Under the pieces are notes generated by a model that had not been told where the DNA came from, searched no databases, and saw only the letters and a list, made by a program, of their open reading frames with translations. A DNA stretch of 32,000 nucleotides from Candidatus Baldrarchaeum yapensis (GTDB lineage: Archaea; Asgardarchaeota; Baldrarchaeia; Baldrarchaeales; Baldrarchaeaceae): positions 30,001 through 62,000 of the forward strand of contig JAEOSH010000004.1 of NCBI GenBank assembly GCA_016840465.1, read 5' to 3'. Both the position numbers and the translations under genes were made by a program. Positions 7,774 to 17,370 of this stretch are shown here, piece by piece (positions within the stretch are counted from its first letter, which is position 1; each line of letters opens with the position of its first letter).

Positions 7774-9840
7774 ATGGCGTTTGAGATAAAATATCGTGAC
7801 GGCATGGGCAGGATAGGGCTGCTTGAGACGCCTCACGGGAGAGTGGAGACGCCGGCATTGATGCCGGTGGTCAATCCGAAAAAGCCGGTCATTCCCGTCG
7901 AGGAATTGGTGAAGACCTACAAATCCGAGATAATAATCACGAACAGCTACATCATCTACAGGGATCCCGAACTCAGAGAGGAGGCACTAAAGCGCGGAGT
8001 TCATGAGTTGCTGGGATTTAAGGGTCCTATAATGACTGACTCCGGGGCTTTTCAGATGTACGTCTACGGGGATGTGCAGGTGGAGCCCCTAGAGATAGTA
8101 AGGTTCCAGAGGGAGATGGGGAGCGACATCGGGGTTATTCTCGACATTTTCGGGAACCCGTATGAGGAGGAGAGTGTAGTTCGGTGGTGGGTTGAGGAGA
8201 CGGTCAAGAGAGCCCAAATGGCGGTCGCAGAGAAGGGCAACATGTTACTTGCGTGCACCGTGCAGGGTGGACGCTATCCACACTTGAGGGCGGAATGTGC
8301 ACGGAAACTATCCGAGTTGGACGCGGATGTGTATCCGATAGGCGGGGTTGTACCTCTGATGGAGAACTATAAGTTCAGAGACCTCGTGGAGGTGATAATA
8401 TCCTCGAAATTAAACCTTCCGCCTGAAAAGCCAGTCCATTTGTTTGGTTGCGGACACCCGATGATTTTTGCGATTGCGGTCCTCCTCGGGTGCGATCTTT
8501 TCGATTCCGCCTCCTACTCGAAGTACGCTGCGGATGATAGAGTCATTTTGCCTACGAGAACCGTAAGGCTCGAGGAACTGGACTACATCCCATGCTCCTG
8601 TCCGGTGTGCTCAAAGTATGATGTCAAGGAGCTTAAGGAGATGAGGAGAGAGGAGAGGTTTCCGCTGATTGCGAGGCATAACCTGTTCGTCAGTTTTGAG
8701 GAGATAAGGAGGGTGAAGCAGGCAATAAAGGAGGGCATGCTTTGGGAGCTGGCAGAGCAGAGGGCGAGGGCTCACCCCAATCTGACAGCCGCTTTTCGCG
8801 TGATCGGGAAATATGTTGACAAGATGGAGAGGTACGACCCGGTGATCAAGAAGTCGGCATTTTTCCATTTGAGTTGCGAATCTCTCAGCAGGCCGGAACC
8901 GTATAGATACGCCAAAAGGCTCAAGGAGAGGTACAAGCGACCGCCTGATGCAAAGATTCTACTATTGTTGCCGGACAGGGGAGAGAAGCCCTACACGGTT
9001 GATTACTCTTCCGAGTTATCCGAATTGAAGAAAGCCCTCGGAGATTTGTTTAACCACGTGCATGTGGCTTTCCTCACAATATTCGGTATCGTTCCCATAG
9101 AGTTGGAGGAGATATATCCCGTGCAGCAGTCAGTCATTCAGAAGAGATTTACTTCCGATGAGCTGAAGTACGTCGAGCACAGAATGCTCGAGTACTTTTC
9201 TAAGAACACATATGAGCATGTGCTTTATTTGAGGGGAGGCGTCGACTTCGACGATCTTGTCAGCAGGATCGCTTACAGATTTCTTATCAGCATGTGTGAT
9301 GATGTGGGAGATGTGGCAGATACTATTAAGAGGATATCCCAGGAGACGACTGTGAGGCCACGCGTTTTTGAATTGGAGAAACTGATTGCGGTTGCCGACT
9401 ACCAATTTGGCGAGGGCGCGGGCGAGGCTCTCTTCATGCCCGCCGACAAGATAAGGTGGGAGTTGTCGAAGCAGACGGGGAAGATAAGGTTTGTGTACAG
9501 GGATGACGAGTTGATTTTAACCTTAGTGCCGACCACAGGCTTCTTTACGTTAATGCCGCGGGCCGCCAAACTTCTGGTCAGAAGGCTGGAGTATCCGAGG
9601 CTCAGAGTAGTTGTGAACGAGGACGCCGAGCCATTTGTTAAGAGGGGTAGGAGTGTGTTCCCCAAGTTCATAGTCGATTGTGACCCCGAAATAAGACCGG
9701 AGGAGGAAGTGATAGTGGTGAACGAGAACGATGATGTGCTTGCGGTGGGGAGGGCTCTTCTTTCCGGGGTGGAGATGAAAAGGTTCAGAAGGGGAGTTGC
9801 GGTTAAGGTGAGGAGGGGCGTTGAAAAAAGTAAAAAATAA
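7774..9840 (+). CDS. tgtA: Archaeosine tRNA-guanine(15) transglycosylase with C-terminal PUA domain
   Basis: ETPALMPVV, MTDSGAFQ, VQGG, PIGGVVP, HLFGCG, DLFDSASY, Zn site CSCPVC..HN, and PUA domain (GRSVFPKF...GVAVKVR). AAGGAG RBS before ATG 7774. Confidence 0.95.
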   Translation: MAFEIKYRDGMGRIGLLETPHGRVETPALMPVVNPKKPVIPVEELVKTYKSEIIITNSYIIYRDPELREEALKRGVHELLGFKGPIMTDSGAFQMYVYGDVQVEPLEIVRFQREMGSDIGVILDIFGNPYEEESVVRWWVEETVKRAQMAVAEKGNMLLACTVQGGRYPHLRAECARKLSELDADVYPIGGVVPLMENYKFRDLVEVIISSKLNLPPEKPVHLFGCGHPMIFAIAVLLGCDLFDSASYSKYAADDRVILPTRTVRLEELDYIPCSCPVCSKYDVKELKEMRREERFPLIARHNLFVSFEEIRRVKQAIKEGMLWELAEQRARAHPNLTAAFRVIGKYVDKMERYDPVIKKSAFFHLSCESLSRPEPYRYAKRLKERYKRPPDAKILLLLPDRGEKPYTVDYSSELSELKKALGDLFNHVHVAFLTIFGIVPIELEEIYPVQQSVIQKRFTSDELKYVEHRMLEYFSKNTYEHVLYLRGGVDFDDLVSRIAYRFLISMCDDVGDVADTIKRISQETTVRPRVFELEKLIAVADYQFGEGAGEALFMPADKIRWELSKQTGKIRFVYRDDELILTLVPTTGFFTLMPRAAKLLVRRLEYPRLRVVVNEDAEPFVKRGRSVFPKFIVDCDPEIRPEEEVIVVNENDDVLAVGRALLSGVEMKRFRRGVAVKVRRGVEKSKK

Positions 9841-9858
9841 AGTGATGAGTGTAAGGGA

Positions 9859-10011
9859 TCAATCGGCTTTTTCGTAGAATATGAGTTTGCAATTGGCGCA
9901 CTCGAATACCCTTACTCTGATTCCGCGCGTCCTTCCCACCTTTATCGTCGGCATTCCCAGCTCGACTCCCTTCCCACCGCATCGGGGACACTTGTGTTCC
10001 TCTTCGCTCAT
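9859..10011 (-). CDS. Small CPxCG-type Zn-ribbon protein (about 50 aa)
   Basis: Below the ORF-track cutoff. Manual translation: MSEEEHKCPRCGGKGVELGMPTIKVGRTRGIRVRVFECANCKLIFYEKAD, with two CxxC pairs. AGGGGG RBS upstream; alternative ATG at 10017. Confidence 0.75.
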   Translation of the reverse strand: MSEEEHKCPRCGGKGVELGMPTIKVGRTRGIRVRVFECANCKLIFYEKAD

Positions 10012-10168
10012 GTTCATCCCCCTAAGAGAATTTTGTGCCTACGAAAATTTACGGATATCGTATCCGGGTGTGAAGATGATGGCTTTAGGTGGGACTTAAA
10101 TTGTCGAAGGCGATCACGATCGCACATTTTATTTATCATCAGGCCGAATGAGAAGTGGTGTTTTCGAG

Positions 10169-11401
10169 ATGAAGCCTGCGATGATTACTGTATCGTCGGA
10201 TCCGCAGGAAAGGGGGGCACGGACGGTTCACGCAAGGTATGCATCCCTGCTCAGGAAATTCTGCTCGGAAGTTCTTCCTATTGTTACAACTTCCGAGGAA
10301 CTAGAGAAGTTGGAAGATAGATTGAGAAGGCTACCGTTGGTATTTACAGTAGTCGCGACCGGTGGAACCTCAGATCTGATATTGAAAATTGCGGAGTATA
10401 CGAGGGTTGTGATGCTAACACACGGGAAGCAGAACTCCCTCGCATCTGCGTTGAACGCCACCATTCGTCTTAAGCGTAGGGGGATATACACTAAGGTCAT
10501 CCATGAACTATCAACGGATACATTAAGAGAGATCGCGGTGATTTCACAGGCAGCCGACGTTCTTTCTAGAATTAAAGAATTGGAAGTGGTGTTGTTCTGT
10601 GCGCCGGAACAATGGGCCCGAGAAAGATACGGTGTGGAGTTCCTCGAGAGTCTCGGAATGAAACTGACGTTTGTAAACCCCGATGAGTTCATCGAACGGT
10701 ACGAATCTGCTATGGAGAGCATAAAATTGCTAAAGAGGTTTCTGGAAGTTCCTTCGGTTGATGTGACGCAGGAAGACGTATCAAAGGTATCTAAGATTTT
10801 AGCGGCGGTTCTGCAGTACATGCAGGAACATGGCACGATCATTTGTGCCTTCAGATGCTTTCCATTTTTGAAGAAGACAGGAATAACTCCATGTCTTGTG
10901 CTATCGTATCTCCTCGATAGAGGAGTAACCGCAGCATGTGAGGGAGATCTTTCATCCATGCTCATGATGGAGATCCTGCGCCTTCTTTCCGGGAGACCGG
11001 CATTTATGGCAAACATAGAAGATGTAACGGGCAATATGCTTTTTCTGGCACACTGTACTGTTGCGACGACGATCCTCAGAACATACGTTTTAAGGACCCA
11101 TTTCGAGACCGGGTATGGGGTGAGCATAGCTGGGATATTCGATGATAACTTGGAGGTTACCGTCGCGAACTTCTCCCCGGACTTTAAGGAAATGTTCGTA
11201 GGTAGGGGAATAATAAAGGACGGGAAACCGAAATCTGAGGAGTGTTGTCGCACACAGGTGCTCATCGAAATGACAGGAGATCTTCAAACACTTTTGGACG
11301 AACCCGTTAACAGACATCTATGCGTTGCCATCGGTAATTACGAGGCGCATTTGAAGGCTATTGCAGAAATGCTCGGCATAAAAGTGAGAACGCCGAAGTA
11401 A
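10169..11401 (+). CDS. L-fucose/L-arabinose isomerase-like protein
   Basis: ATGGT, AACEGD, LAHCTV, CRTQ and NRHL..AIG motifs of the FucI/AraA-like family; GTGGTG RBS. Confidence 0.7.
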   Translation: MKPAMITVSSDPQERGARTVHARYASLLRKFCSEVLPIVTTSEELEKLEDRLRRLPLVFTVVATGGTSDLILKIAEYTRVVMLTHGKQNSLASALNATIRLKRRGIYTKVIHELSTDTLREIAVISQAADVLSRIKELEVVLFCAPEQWARERYGVEFLESLGMKLTFVNPDEFIERYESAMESIKLLKRFLEVPSVDVTQEDVSKVSKILAAVLQYMQEHGTIICAFRCFPFLKKTGITPCLVLSYLLDRGVTAACEGDLSSMLMMEILRLLSGRPAFMANIEDVTGNMLFLAHCTVATTILRTYVLRTHFETGYGVSIAGIFDDNLEVTVANFSPDFKEMFVGRGIIKDGKPKSEECCRTQVLIEMTGDLQTLLDEPVNRHLCVAIGNYEAHLKAIAEMLGIKVRTPK

Positions 11402-11487
11402 TAATTATCGGATCCAACTCACTTACAGTTTTCTGTTAATTTTTCATAAAGAGTAAAACTCAACAATATCATCGATCTTAAGTTGAT

Positions 11488-12948
11488 TTGCGGAAGGTGT
11501 GGAGGTTGTGCAAGTCTGCTGAGAGTGTGGGGGTCATAGTCGGGAAGACCACCACTCACACAGTGACGATAGAGGTCACGGGGAGGATTGAGAATAAGAG
11601 TTTCGTGGAAGTCAAGCATAATGACCGCAACTTCCTTCTTCTTGTAACCGATATGTGGATTAAGGACGGGAAAACTTATGCAAAGTGCTCGGTAATTGGG
11701 GACCTGCCCCCGACACCATTTGTGCCTGGAACGGAAGTGCATCCAGCATCTCATGAAACAATACGCAACGCACTTATGCTCAAGGTCTCGGAGAAAGAGG
11801 GTATCTACATCGGGAGGCTACGTAATTATCATGACATCAAAGTTCTGCTTCCGATAAAGAATTTGGGAAGGATCTTCATAACGGGGAGGACCGGCTCAGG
11901 TAAGTCTTACACGGTTGCGGTGTTTGTGGAGGAGTTTCTGAAAAAGGAAATTCCGGTAGTGATAATAGATAGGCATGGGGAATACTCCAGTCTCAAAGTG
12001 CCCTCAGACGAGAGTAAAATCCCGGAGGGGTTTGATGTCAGTCCACGGGGGTACCGAGATCAAATAATGGAGTTTGCGAGGGTGGATGTAAACCCCGGGG
12101 CGGATCTTCCCATTGAGGCAATACTCACCGCGGAGCCTCAGGATCTCGTGGCATCTAGGCAGTGTACAATAATAAACTTGCGGGGATTGGACCCCGAGGA
12201 GCAGCATGTTCTGGCGTCCGAGGTCCTCGGGAAGTTGTTTGATGCAGCGATGGTTGGAAGGATACAGCCGTTTTTCATCGTGATAGACGAGGCGCATTTC
12301 TTTGCGGGAAAGGAGAAGGTTCCGTCTAAGGAAATTGTGAGGCGGATTGCGCAGGAGGGGCGGAAGTTTGGGATCAACATGATACTCGTAACGCAAAGGC
12401 CTCAACTTCTGGATACGACGATAAGGGCGCAAACCGGGACCTGGGTGATTCACTGCTTGGTGGACTACCGAGATATCGACATAGCGGTAAAGAGTGCTGA
12501 GGGAATGGATGAAACGTGGAAGGAGGAGATAAGAAGGCTGGATCCGGGGATTGCGGTAATAACGGGAGATGCCGTTGGCAGAGTGCCCTTACTCGTGAGG
12601 ATCCGGCCGAGGGAAACGATCCACGGGGCTGAAGGGTTCAACCCTTTAGAGTTTGTTGAGCATAAGGATCGCGAGGAGATGGAGAGGCGCCGAGAGGCCC
12701 TGATGGAGAAATTTTCAGCAAAGCTTCGGGAGGGGCGAATATTATGGGAAAAATACATTGCCAAAGGGAGAACCAGTGTTGAGAATTTGCGAAGGGAGCT
12801 TGAAAGGGTAATAAGGGAAAGAGATCGACTTCTAAGGGAGAACGAGAGGCTTAAGGAGGAGAATAAGAGGCTACGGGAGAGGCTTAAAGAGTTGATAAGA
12901 AAGGCAGAGGAGGCGATCGAATCTATAAAAAGGTCTCGACGATTATAG
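11488..12948 (+). CDS. HerA/FtsK-superfamily ATPase (DUF87) with N-terminal HAS-like barrel and C-terminal coiled coil
   Basis: Walker A GRTGSGKS, IIDRHGEY, Walker B IDEAH, arginine finger EGRKFG, TQRP; E/R/K heptad tail. Start uncertain (11488-11506). Confidence 0.85.
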   Translation: MRKVWRLCKSAESVGVIVGKTTTHTVTIEVTGRIENKSFVEVKHNDRNFLLLVTDMWIKDGKTYAKCSVIGDLPPTPFVPGTEVHPASHETIRNALMLKVSEKEGIYIGRLRNYHDIKVLLPIKNLGRIFITGRTGSGKSYTVAVFVEEFLKKEIPVVIIDRHGEYSSLKVPSDESKIPEGFDVSPRGYRDQIMEFARVDVNPGADLPIEAILTAEPQDLVASRQCTIINLRGLDPEEQHVLASEVLGKLFDAAMVGRIQPFFIVIDEAHFFAGKEKVPSKEIVRRIAQEGRKFGINMILVTQRPQLLDTTIRAQTGTWVIHCLVDYRDIDIAVKSAEGMDETWKEEIRRLDPGIAVITGDAVGRVPLLVRIRPRETIHGAEGFNPLEFVEHKDREEMERRREALMEKFSAKLREGRILWEKYIAKGRTSVENLRRELERVIRERDRLLRENERLKEENKRLRERLKELIRKAEEAIESIKRSRRL

Positions 12949-12950
12949 AA

Positions 12951-13793
12951 TTACTGCATCTGTCTCGACTCTTTTCTTAAAACTTCTCTAATGAGGTATT
13001 CAAAGCAGGGAACTATTTCTTCCACAAGCTCTCTTATCTTCCTGTACAAAACCCTATAGTCTATGTGCAAATACCTGTGAACGATTATGTTTCTGAGCCT
13101 CACAAACCCCTTAAGTCTTTCACCGAAATCATAAGGGAAGTATTGAGCCTCTACGAGTTTTTCTATAAATTCCACATATGTCTCGGCGGGACCAAGCCCC
13201 ATTGCTGAAACCAGATGACGACACACATCCAGCAGGGCTTCTATCAACACCTGAACGCTTCTCTCCATCGCTCTTCTTAAAGTTCCCGAGGACAGTATTT
13301 CCTCTATGCTCCTCTTAAGGATTTCATCCTTAAGGTATTTTGTCTCTCCTCGTGCAGCTTCAAGTCTGCTGAGAACAACCTGTTTATCTATTCCATTACC
13401 GTTCAGAAACTCTTTAATGGAAAGTTCTCGCAATAGTTGGATTTCCGGGTACCAGGTATTGACCTCGTTAATGATTTTATTCTCAAAACCTCCTCTATCG
13501 ACGAGTTTGATGCCTTCTCTTAAGATCTTAAACTTCATAGAAAGAGGGATGTTCTTGAGGTTCACAAGATCTACTTTTTCCTCGGGAACATTGAGAACTT
13601 TTGCAATTTTAGACTGGAGATGAGCCTCAAGGGCGAGGTCGTCGCCGGAGAGGAGGACCGCTATGTCCCAATCACTATGTAACCTTTGGGAACCGCGCGC
13701 CCTTGAACCGAACAAATATGCTAATAATACTCGGTGCTCCCTTAGCAGGAGCTCCTTGATCCTTTTTATCTCGTCGGAGGCCAATTCTTCCAC
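12951..13793 (-). CDS. Fused MNT nucleotidyltransferase - HEPN (DUF86/HepT-like) toxin-antitoxin protein
   Basis: N-half: YLFGSRARG..SDWDIAV..VDLV (GS + DxD + D). C-half: AMERSVQV..D..H and RNIIVHRY (Rx4HxY). One continuous frame. Confidence 0.88.
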   Translation of the reverse strand: MEELASDEIKRIKELLLREHRVLLAYLFGSRARGSQRLHSDWDIAVLLSGDDLALEAHLQSKIAKVLNVPEEKVDLVNLKNIPLSMKFKILREGIKLVDRGGFENKIINEVNTWYPEIQLLRELSIKEFLNGNGIDKQVVLSRLEAARGETKYLKDEILKRSIEEILSSGTLRRAMERSVQVLIEALLDVCRHLVSAMGLGPAETYVEFIEKLVEAQYFPYDFGERLKGFVRLRNIIVHRYLHIDYRVLYRKIRELVEEIVPCFEYLIREVLRKESRQMQ

Positions 13794-13800
13794 CAGTTCT

Positions 13801-14601
13801 TCACCACTCTAATAGTAGGGACCTCAGATATTTTATTCCCTCGAGTGAGAGGTTCGGCTCGTACACCTCAATTACTATGGCTCCGGTAAACTTAATATCC
13901 TTTAACTTTCCGATCAGTGCCTTCCAGTCTATATTTCCGGTCCCGGGAGGCTTATGGAGGTCTTCGGTTCCATCATTATCATGCGCATGTACGCAGACGA
14001 TTTTATTGGAGAATTCGTCGATGTATCGGAGGGCCCCCTCAGCGAGATTTGCGTGTCCCACGTCAAGACACAATTTTATCATGTCCGAATCAAGGGATCT
14101 AAGCAGGTATTGGATTTCAGGAATATTATCGCACAAGTATACGAGTTCGCTGCAATCGGGTACGGGCTTGAGGTTTTCTATTGCGGCAGGTATCTGAATA
14201 TTTTCGAGAACGGGTATAAACCTTCGAAAAGTGTCGATTGCAATCTCGAGCGCTTTTCGCTTCCCCTCTCTGTAACCAATGTGATGCCCTATGTGAGTGG
14301 TCACCCATTTAGCGTTTAGCACATCCGCAAGTCTCAGGATTCTATCGTAAAGCCTGATGTGGGCGTTCCTTATCATCGGAATTCTATCTCCGAAGTTCAG
14401 CGTGTACGGAGTATGAATGCTCAAACTAATACCCAAAGAATCGGCAATTTCTGCAATTTCCCTAACCTCGCTACTTTCCGGGTTCTCGGCGAGTGCGTAA
14501 TTTGTGTAAATGTCTATCTCAACATGATCTATTCCATGGTGTTCCGCAAGATTTAGATAGAACTTTGTCGGTCTAGGCGATGTCAGGACGCCTATACGCA
14601 T
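13801..14601 (-). CDS. Xylose-isomerase-like / endonuclease IV-like TIM-barrel metalloenzyme
   Basis: IHTPY, THIG, IENL, LDVGHAN, HAHDN, DLH and IEVY metal ligands. Confidence 0.85.
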   Translation of the reverse strand: MRIGVLTSPRPTKFYLNLAEHHGIDHVEIDIYTNYALAENPESSEVREIAEIADSLGISLSIHTPYTLNFGDRIPMIRNAHIRLYDRILRLADVLNAKWVTTHIGHHIGYREGKRKALEIAIDTFRRFIPVLENIQIPAAIENLKPVPDCSELVYLCDNIPEIQYLLRSLDSDMIKLCLDVGHANLAEGALRYIDEFSNKIVCVHAHDNDGTEDLHKPPGTGNIDWKALIGKLKDIKFTGAIVIEVYEPNLSLEGIKYLRSLLLEW

Positions 14602-14613
14602 GATACCACCGTG

Positions 14614-15084
14614 TCACGGCTCGGCCGCCGTGACGACCTCATCTTTTTCCTCCCTTACTCTCTTACAGCATCTTTCATCGGAGAAAATAGGCTTGCCATG
14701 GGGACATGTGGAAGGGTGATTGAGGAGTTTGCATATTCGGTTTATGAACTCCTCCGATACCACGAAGTCCATGTTTGCGGCCTCCGTGCACGCCTTCTCT
14801 ACATTATACCCCAAGAACTCGACCATGAATACCTCCAGTATCCTATGATTTCGTAAAAGCTGCCTCGCTAATTTTCTTCCCTCCTCGGTGAGCCTTATTC
14901 CCTTGTATGGGATGTACTGTATGTGGTTCCGCTTGGAAAGTTTCTTGAACATCTCAGTGACGGTTGAGGGACTTACCGAGAGTCTCTTCGCGACGTCCAG
15001 CGTTCTTATTATCTCCATGCCCTCCATTTCCATTTCCAGCAGAACCTTAAGATATTCGTACATCCTGCGCCCCAATGCCCTCAC
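14614..15084 (-). CDS. DtxR/MntR/IdeR family metal-dependent regulator (no SH3/FeoA domain, altered metal site)
   Basis: EYL..., DVAKRLSVSPSTVTEM HTH, YKGIRLTEEG, HRILE and PSTCPHGKPI. GTG start overlaps the ATPase stop (GTGA). Confidence 0.9.
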   Translation of the reverse strand: MRALGRRMYEYLKVLLEMEMEGMEIIRTLDVAKRLSVSPSTVTEMFKKLSKRNHIQYIPYKGIRLTEEGRKLARQLLRNHRILEVFMVEFLGYNVEKACTEAANMDFVVSEEFINRICKLLNHPSTCPHGKPIFSDERCCKRVREEKDEVVTAAEP

Positions 15085-15950
15085 CTTCTTCCCGAGATGA
15101 CAACATTCGCTATCAGATCGGCAAGTTCCTCATCGGTGAGGGGCACGACGTCCTCGGGTATGGGCACACCCTTTTGCCTCAGCATCCTCACTATACGTAT
15201 CGGCTTGGGAGGATATAAGGATGCCATATGCAACAATTCTTCGTCCGAAAATATTCTCCTAGGCTCCCCCTCTGCAATTATTGATCCATTTTTCATCAAA
15301 TAAATCCTATCTGCAAGTATTGCGGCAACCTCTACATCATGCGTTGCGATTACAAGCGTTAGGCCGCCTCTTTCCTTTAAATCTTTCAGAATACCGAGAA
15401 TCGTCATCTTAGATTCGGGATCCAAGCCGGCAACGGGCTCATCAAGAACGAGTATTTCCGGCCTCATCGCGAGAACTCCTGCTATTGCTGCTCTCTTTTT
15501 CTGTCCACCACTCAGATGATGAGGGGGCTTGTGCCGCACCTCCTCCAAACCGGTCACCTTGAGTGCCCACTCTACCCTTCTCCTCACCTCTTCTATTGGA
15601 AGCTTCTGGCATAATGGTCCAAATGCAACATCCTGCTCAACCGTCGGTGCGAAAAGCTGATCATCTGGGTTCTGGAAAACCATTCCCACTATTTTCCTTA
15701 TCTTCGGGAGGTTCCTTTTGGTGACCGGGATCCCCTTTACGATCACGGAACCCTTGGTCGGGAGGAGGATTCCATTGAGATGCAGGAGGAGTGTAGTCTT
15801 CCCCGCACCGTTTGGACCGAGAATTGCAACGCATTCACCCTTTTTCACATAAAATTCGAGATTGCAAATTGCGCGAGTCCCATCGGGATAAACATGCTCT
15901 ATACAACATGCTTCGATAATATTATCGTTGGAGTTTTGGTCAGATGGCAA
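15081..15950 (-). CDS. cbiO: ECF transporter ATPase (CbiO/NikO-like)
   Basis: GPNGAGKT, VFQNPDDQLF, LSGGQKKR, LVLDEP and THD motifs. Confidence 0.92.
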   Translation of the reverse strand: MPSDQNSNDNIIEACCIEHVYPDGTRAICNLEFYVKKGECVAILGPNGAGKTTLLLHLNGILLPTKGSVIVKGIPVTKRNLPKIRKIVGMVFQNPDDQLFAPTVEQDVAFGPLCQKLPIEEVRRRVEWALKVTGLEEVRHKPPHHLSGGQKKRAAIAGVLAMRPEILVLDEPVAGLDPESKMTILGILKDLKERGGLTLVIATHDVEVAAILADRIYLMKNGSIIAEGEPRRIFSDEELLHMASLYPPKPIRIVRMLRQKGVPIPEDVVPLTDEELADLIANVVISGRR

Positions 15951-16749
15951 GGATCTCCACCTCCGTTGTTATCCATAAAAGGAGAGAGAGCGAGGAGAGA
16001 GAGCTTACCAAAAATGCCATATCGGTGGCGGAAAATTTCTTATGGGGAGATAGAAGCCTTATTGTGCCATCAAAGCCACGTACCTCCATTGCTGTGTACA
16101 CCCTTTCCGCCCTTTCCATTGTTCTGATAAGAAATGCTCCCAAGATGTTCCCGAAGAGTTTGATATTCTCGAAAAACGTTCGTATCAGGCTCCCCCCACG
16201 TGCTCCCACGGCCTCCCTCATCCTTTTCATCTCATCTATAACCAGAAAGACGTACCTGAATGTGAGCAATAGCATGACGGAGAGAGTTCGTGGAAAGGCC
16301 TTCTGAACGTAATAGAGGAGTTCAAAGTGTGAGGTTGTCAGAACGACCATGAATATCGCAAGTGCAGCTGTTACCACTTTTAAAATTATGATTAGCCCCT
16401 GCATTACCCCCTCGATGCTGAGCGTAACCTTAAAGAGTAAGAGGTCGACAGAAAGTAGCGCCCTTCCCGGCACCGTGAATGGCAACATGATCGAAATTGA
16501 AAAACCGAAGAGGAATGGGACGGAAAGCCAGGAAATGAAATAACGTGGCGATGCGCGTGTCAGCAGGCAGAGGAAAAATGTCAAAAGGAGTAAGGCGACA
16601 AGAGTTTCAAGGTTATATGTTATTACAACGAGAACTGTGATTGCCAGCACGGTCACCAACTTCGCTATAGGGTGTATCCTGTGGAGAGGACTATCGCCAT
16701 TCTCCGCATACTCGTTTATGAGCCAGAAGTCCGGAAATAGCCCCATCAC
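15940..16749 (-). CDS. cbiQ: ECF transporter T component (CbiQ/NikQ-like)
   Basis: SPLHRIHP..KL, FRY..V..DE, RARGG-like segment and ERAERVY.AME.RGF.G. Confidence 0.9.
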   Translation of the reverse strand: MMGLFPDFWLINEYAENGDSPLHRIHPIAKLVTVLAITVLVVITYNLETLVALLLLTFFLCLLTRASPRYFISWLSVPFLFGFSISIMLPFTVPGRALLSVDLLLFKVTLSIEGVMQGLIIILKVVTAALAIFMVVLTTSHFELLYYVQKAFPRTLSVMLLLTFRYVFLVIDEMKRMREAVGARGGSLIRTFFENIKLFGNILGAFLIRTMERAERVYTAMEVRGFDGTIRLLSPHKKFSATDMAFLVSSLSSLSLLLWITTEVEILAI

Positions 16750-17357
16750 TTCACCTCCACGAGTTCACTGCCCATTTGGGAGAGGTAGTGGAGGATGACC
16801 GCCGTTATTAGGGACTCCACCACCGCCGCACCCACAAAGGCAATTAGAAGGATCAGGTACGTGGCGGGTGATAGCGCTGCACCGAGCGCCAGCATTCCCA
16901 CCATTGCGAATGCGCTTATCACTAACGACACGAAGGTCGCCACGGCCCCGCGTACCAGCACTCTAGGGATTACTCGTCTCAATGAGGTGAATAGCCAGTA
17001 AGCAAGCATCGCCTCAAACACTCCCAGCAGTATTGTGTTTGCGCCCGCAACCATGACCCCGCCGTGGCCTATCATTATGCAGAAGAGGTTGACGACAAAG
17101 GCCGCGAGAAATCCGAGGTACGGGCCCGATAATATTCCGATAAGCGGCATGAAGTCCAGATGAATTCCCCATGCCACAGGTACATTTATTTGCATTACCC
17201 CGAACGCAAACGCTGCGAGGATTGCAGTCCTCACAATCCTTCTCGGATTCTCATTTCTAGTTTTAAAGAGAGAAACTCCTAGCATGAGTAGTGCGGCGCC
17301 CCACCAGATGAGGCACCAGGTCATGGGGAGCACTGCCTCACTGTGGATATGCGCCAT
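16746..17357 (-). CDS. cbiM: ECF transporter S component (CbiM/NikM family, variant N-terminus)
   Basis: MAHIHSEAVL N-terminus, GIHL....LIGILSGP and GHGG..VAGANT; GGGGG RBS 8 nt before ATG 17357. Confidence 0.85.
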   Translation of the reverse strand: MAHIHSEAVLPMTWCLIWWGAALLMLGVSLFKTRNENPRRIVRTAILAAFAFGVMQINVPVAWGIHLDFMPLIGILSGPYLGFLAAFVVNLFCIMIGHGGVMVAGANTILLGVFEAMLAYWLFTSLRRVIPRVLVRGAVATFVSLVISAFAMVGMLALGAALSPATYLILLIAFVGAAVVESLITAVILHYLSQMGSELVEVK

Positions 17358-17370
17358 AATGCTATCCCCC

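Noticed and set aside
7367-7858. 163-aa minus-strand ORF
   Set aside because: Overlaps both the membrane-protein gene and the tgtA start; no motifs.
10228-11265. 345-aa minus-strand ORF
   Set aside because: Antisense shadow of the isomerase-like gene, in mirror frame; Ser/Thr-rich with no motifs.
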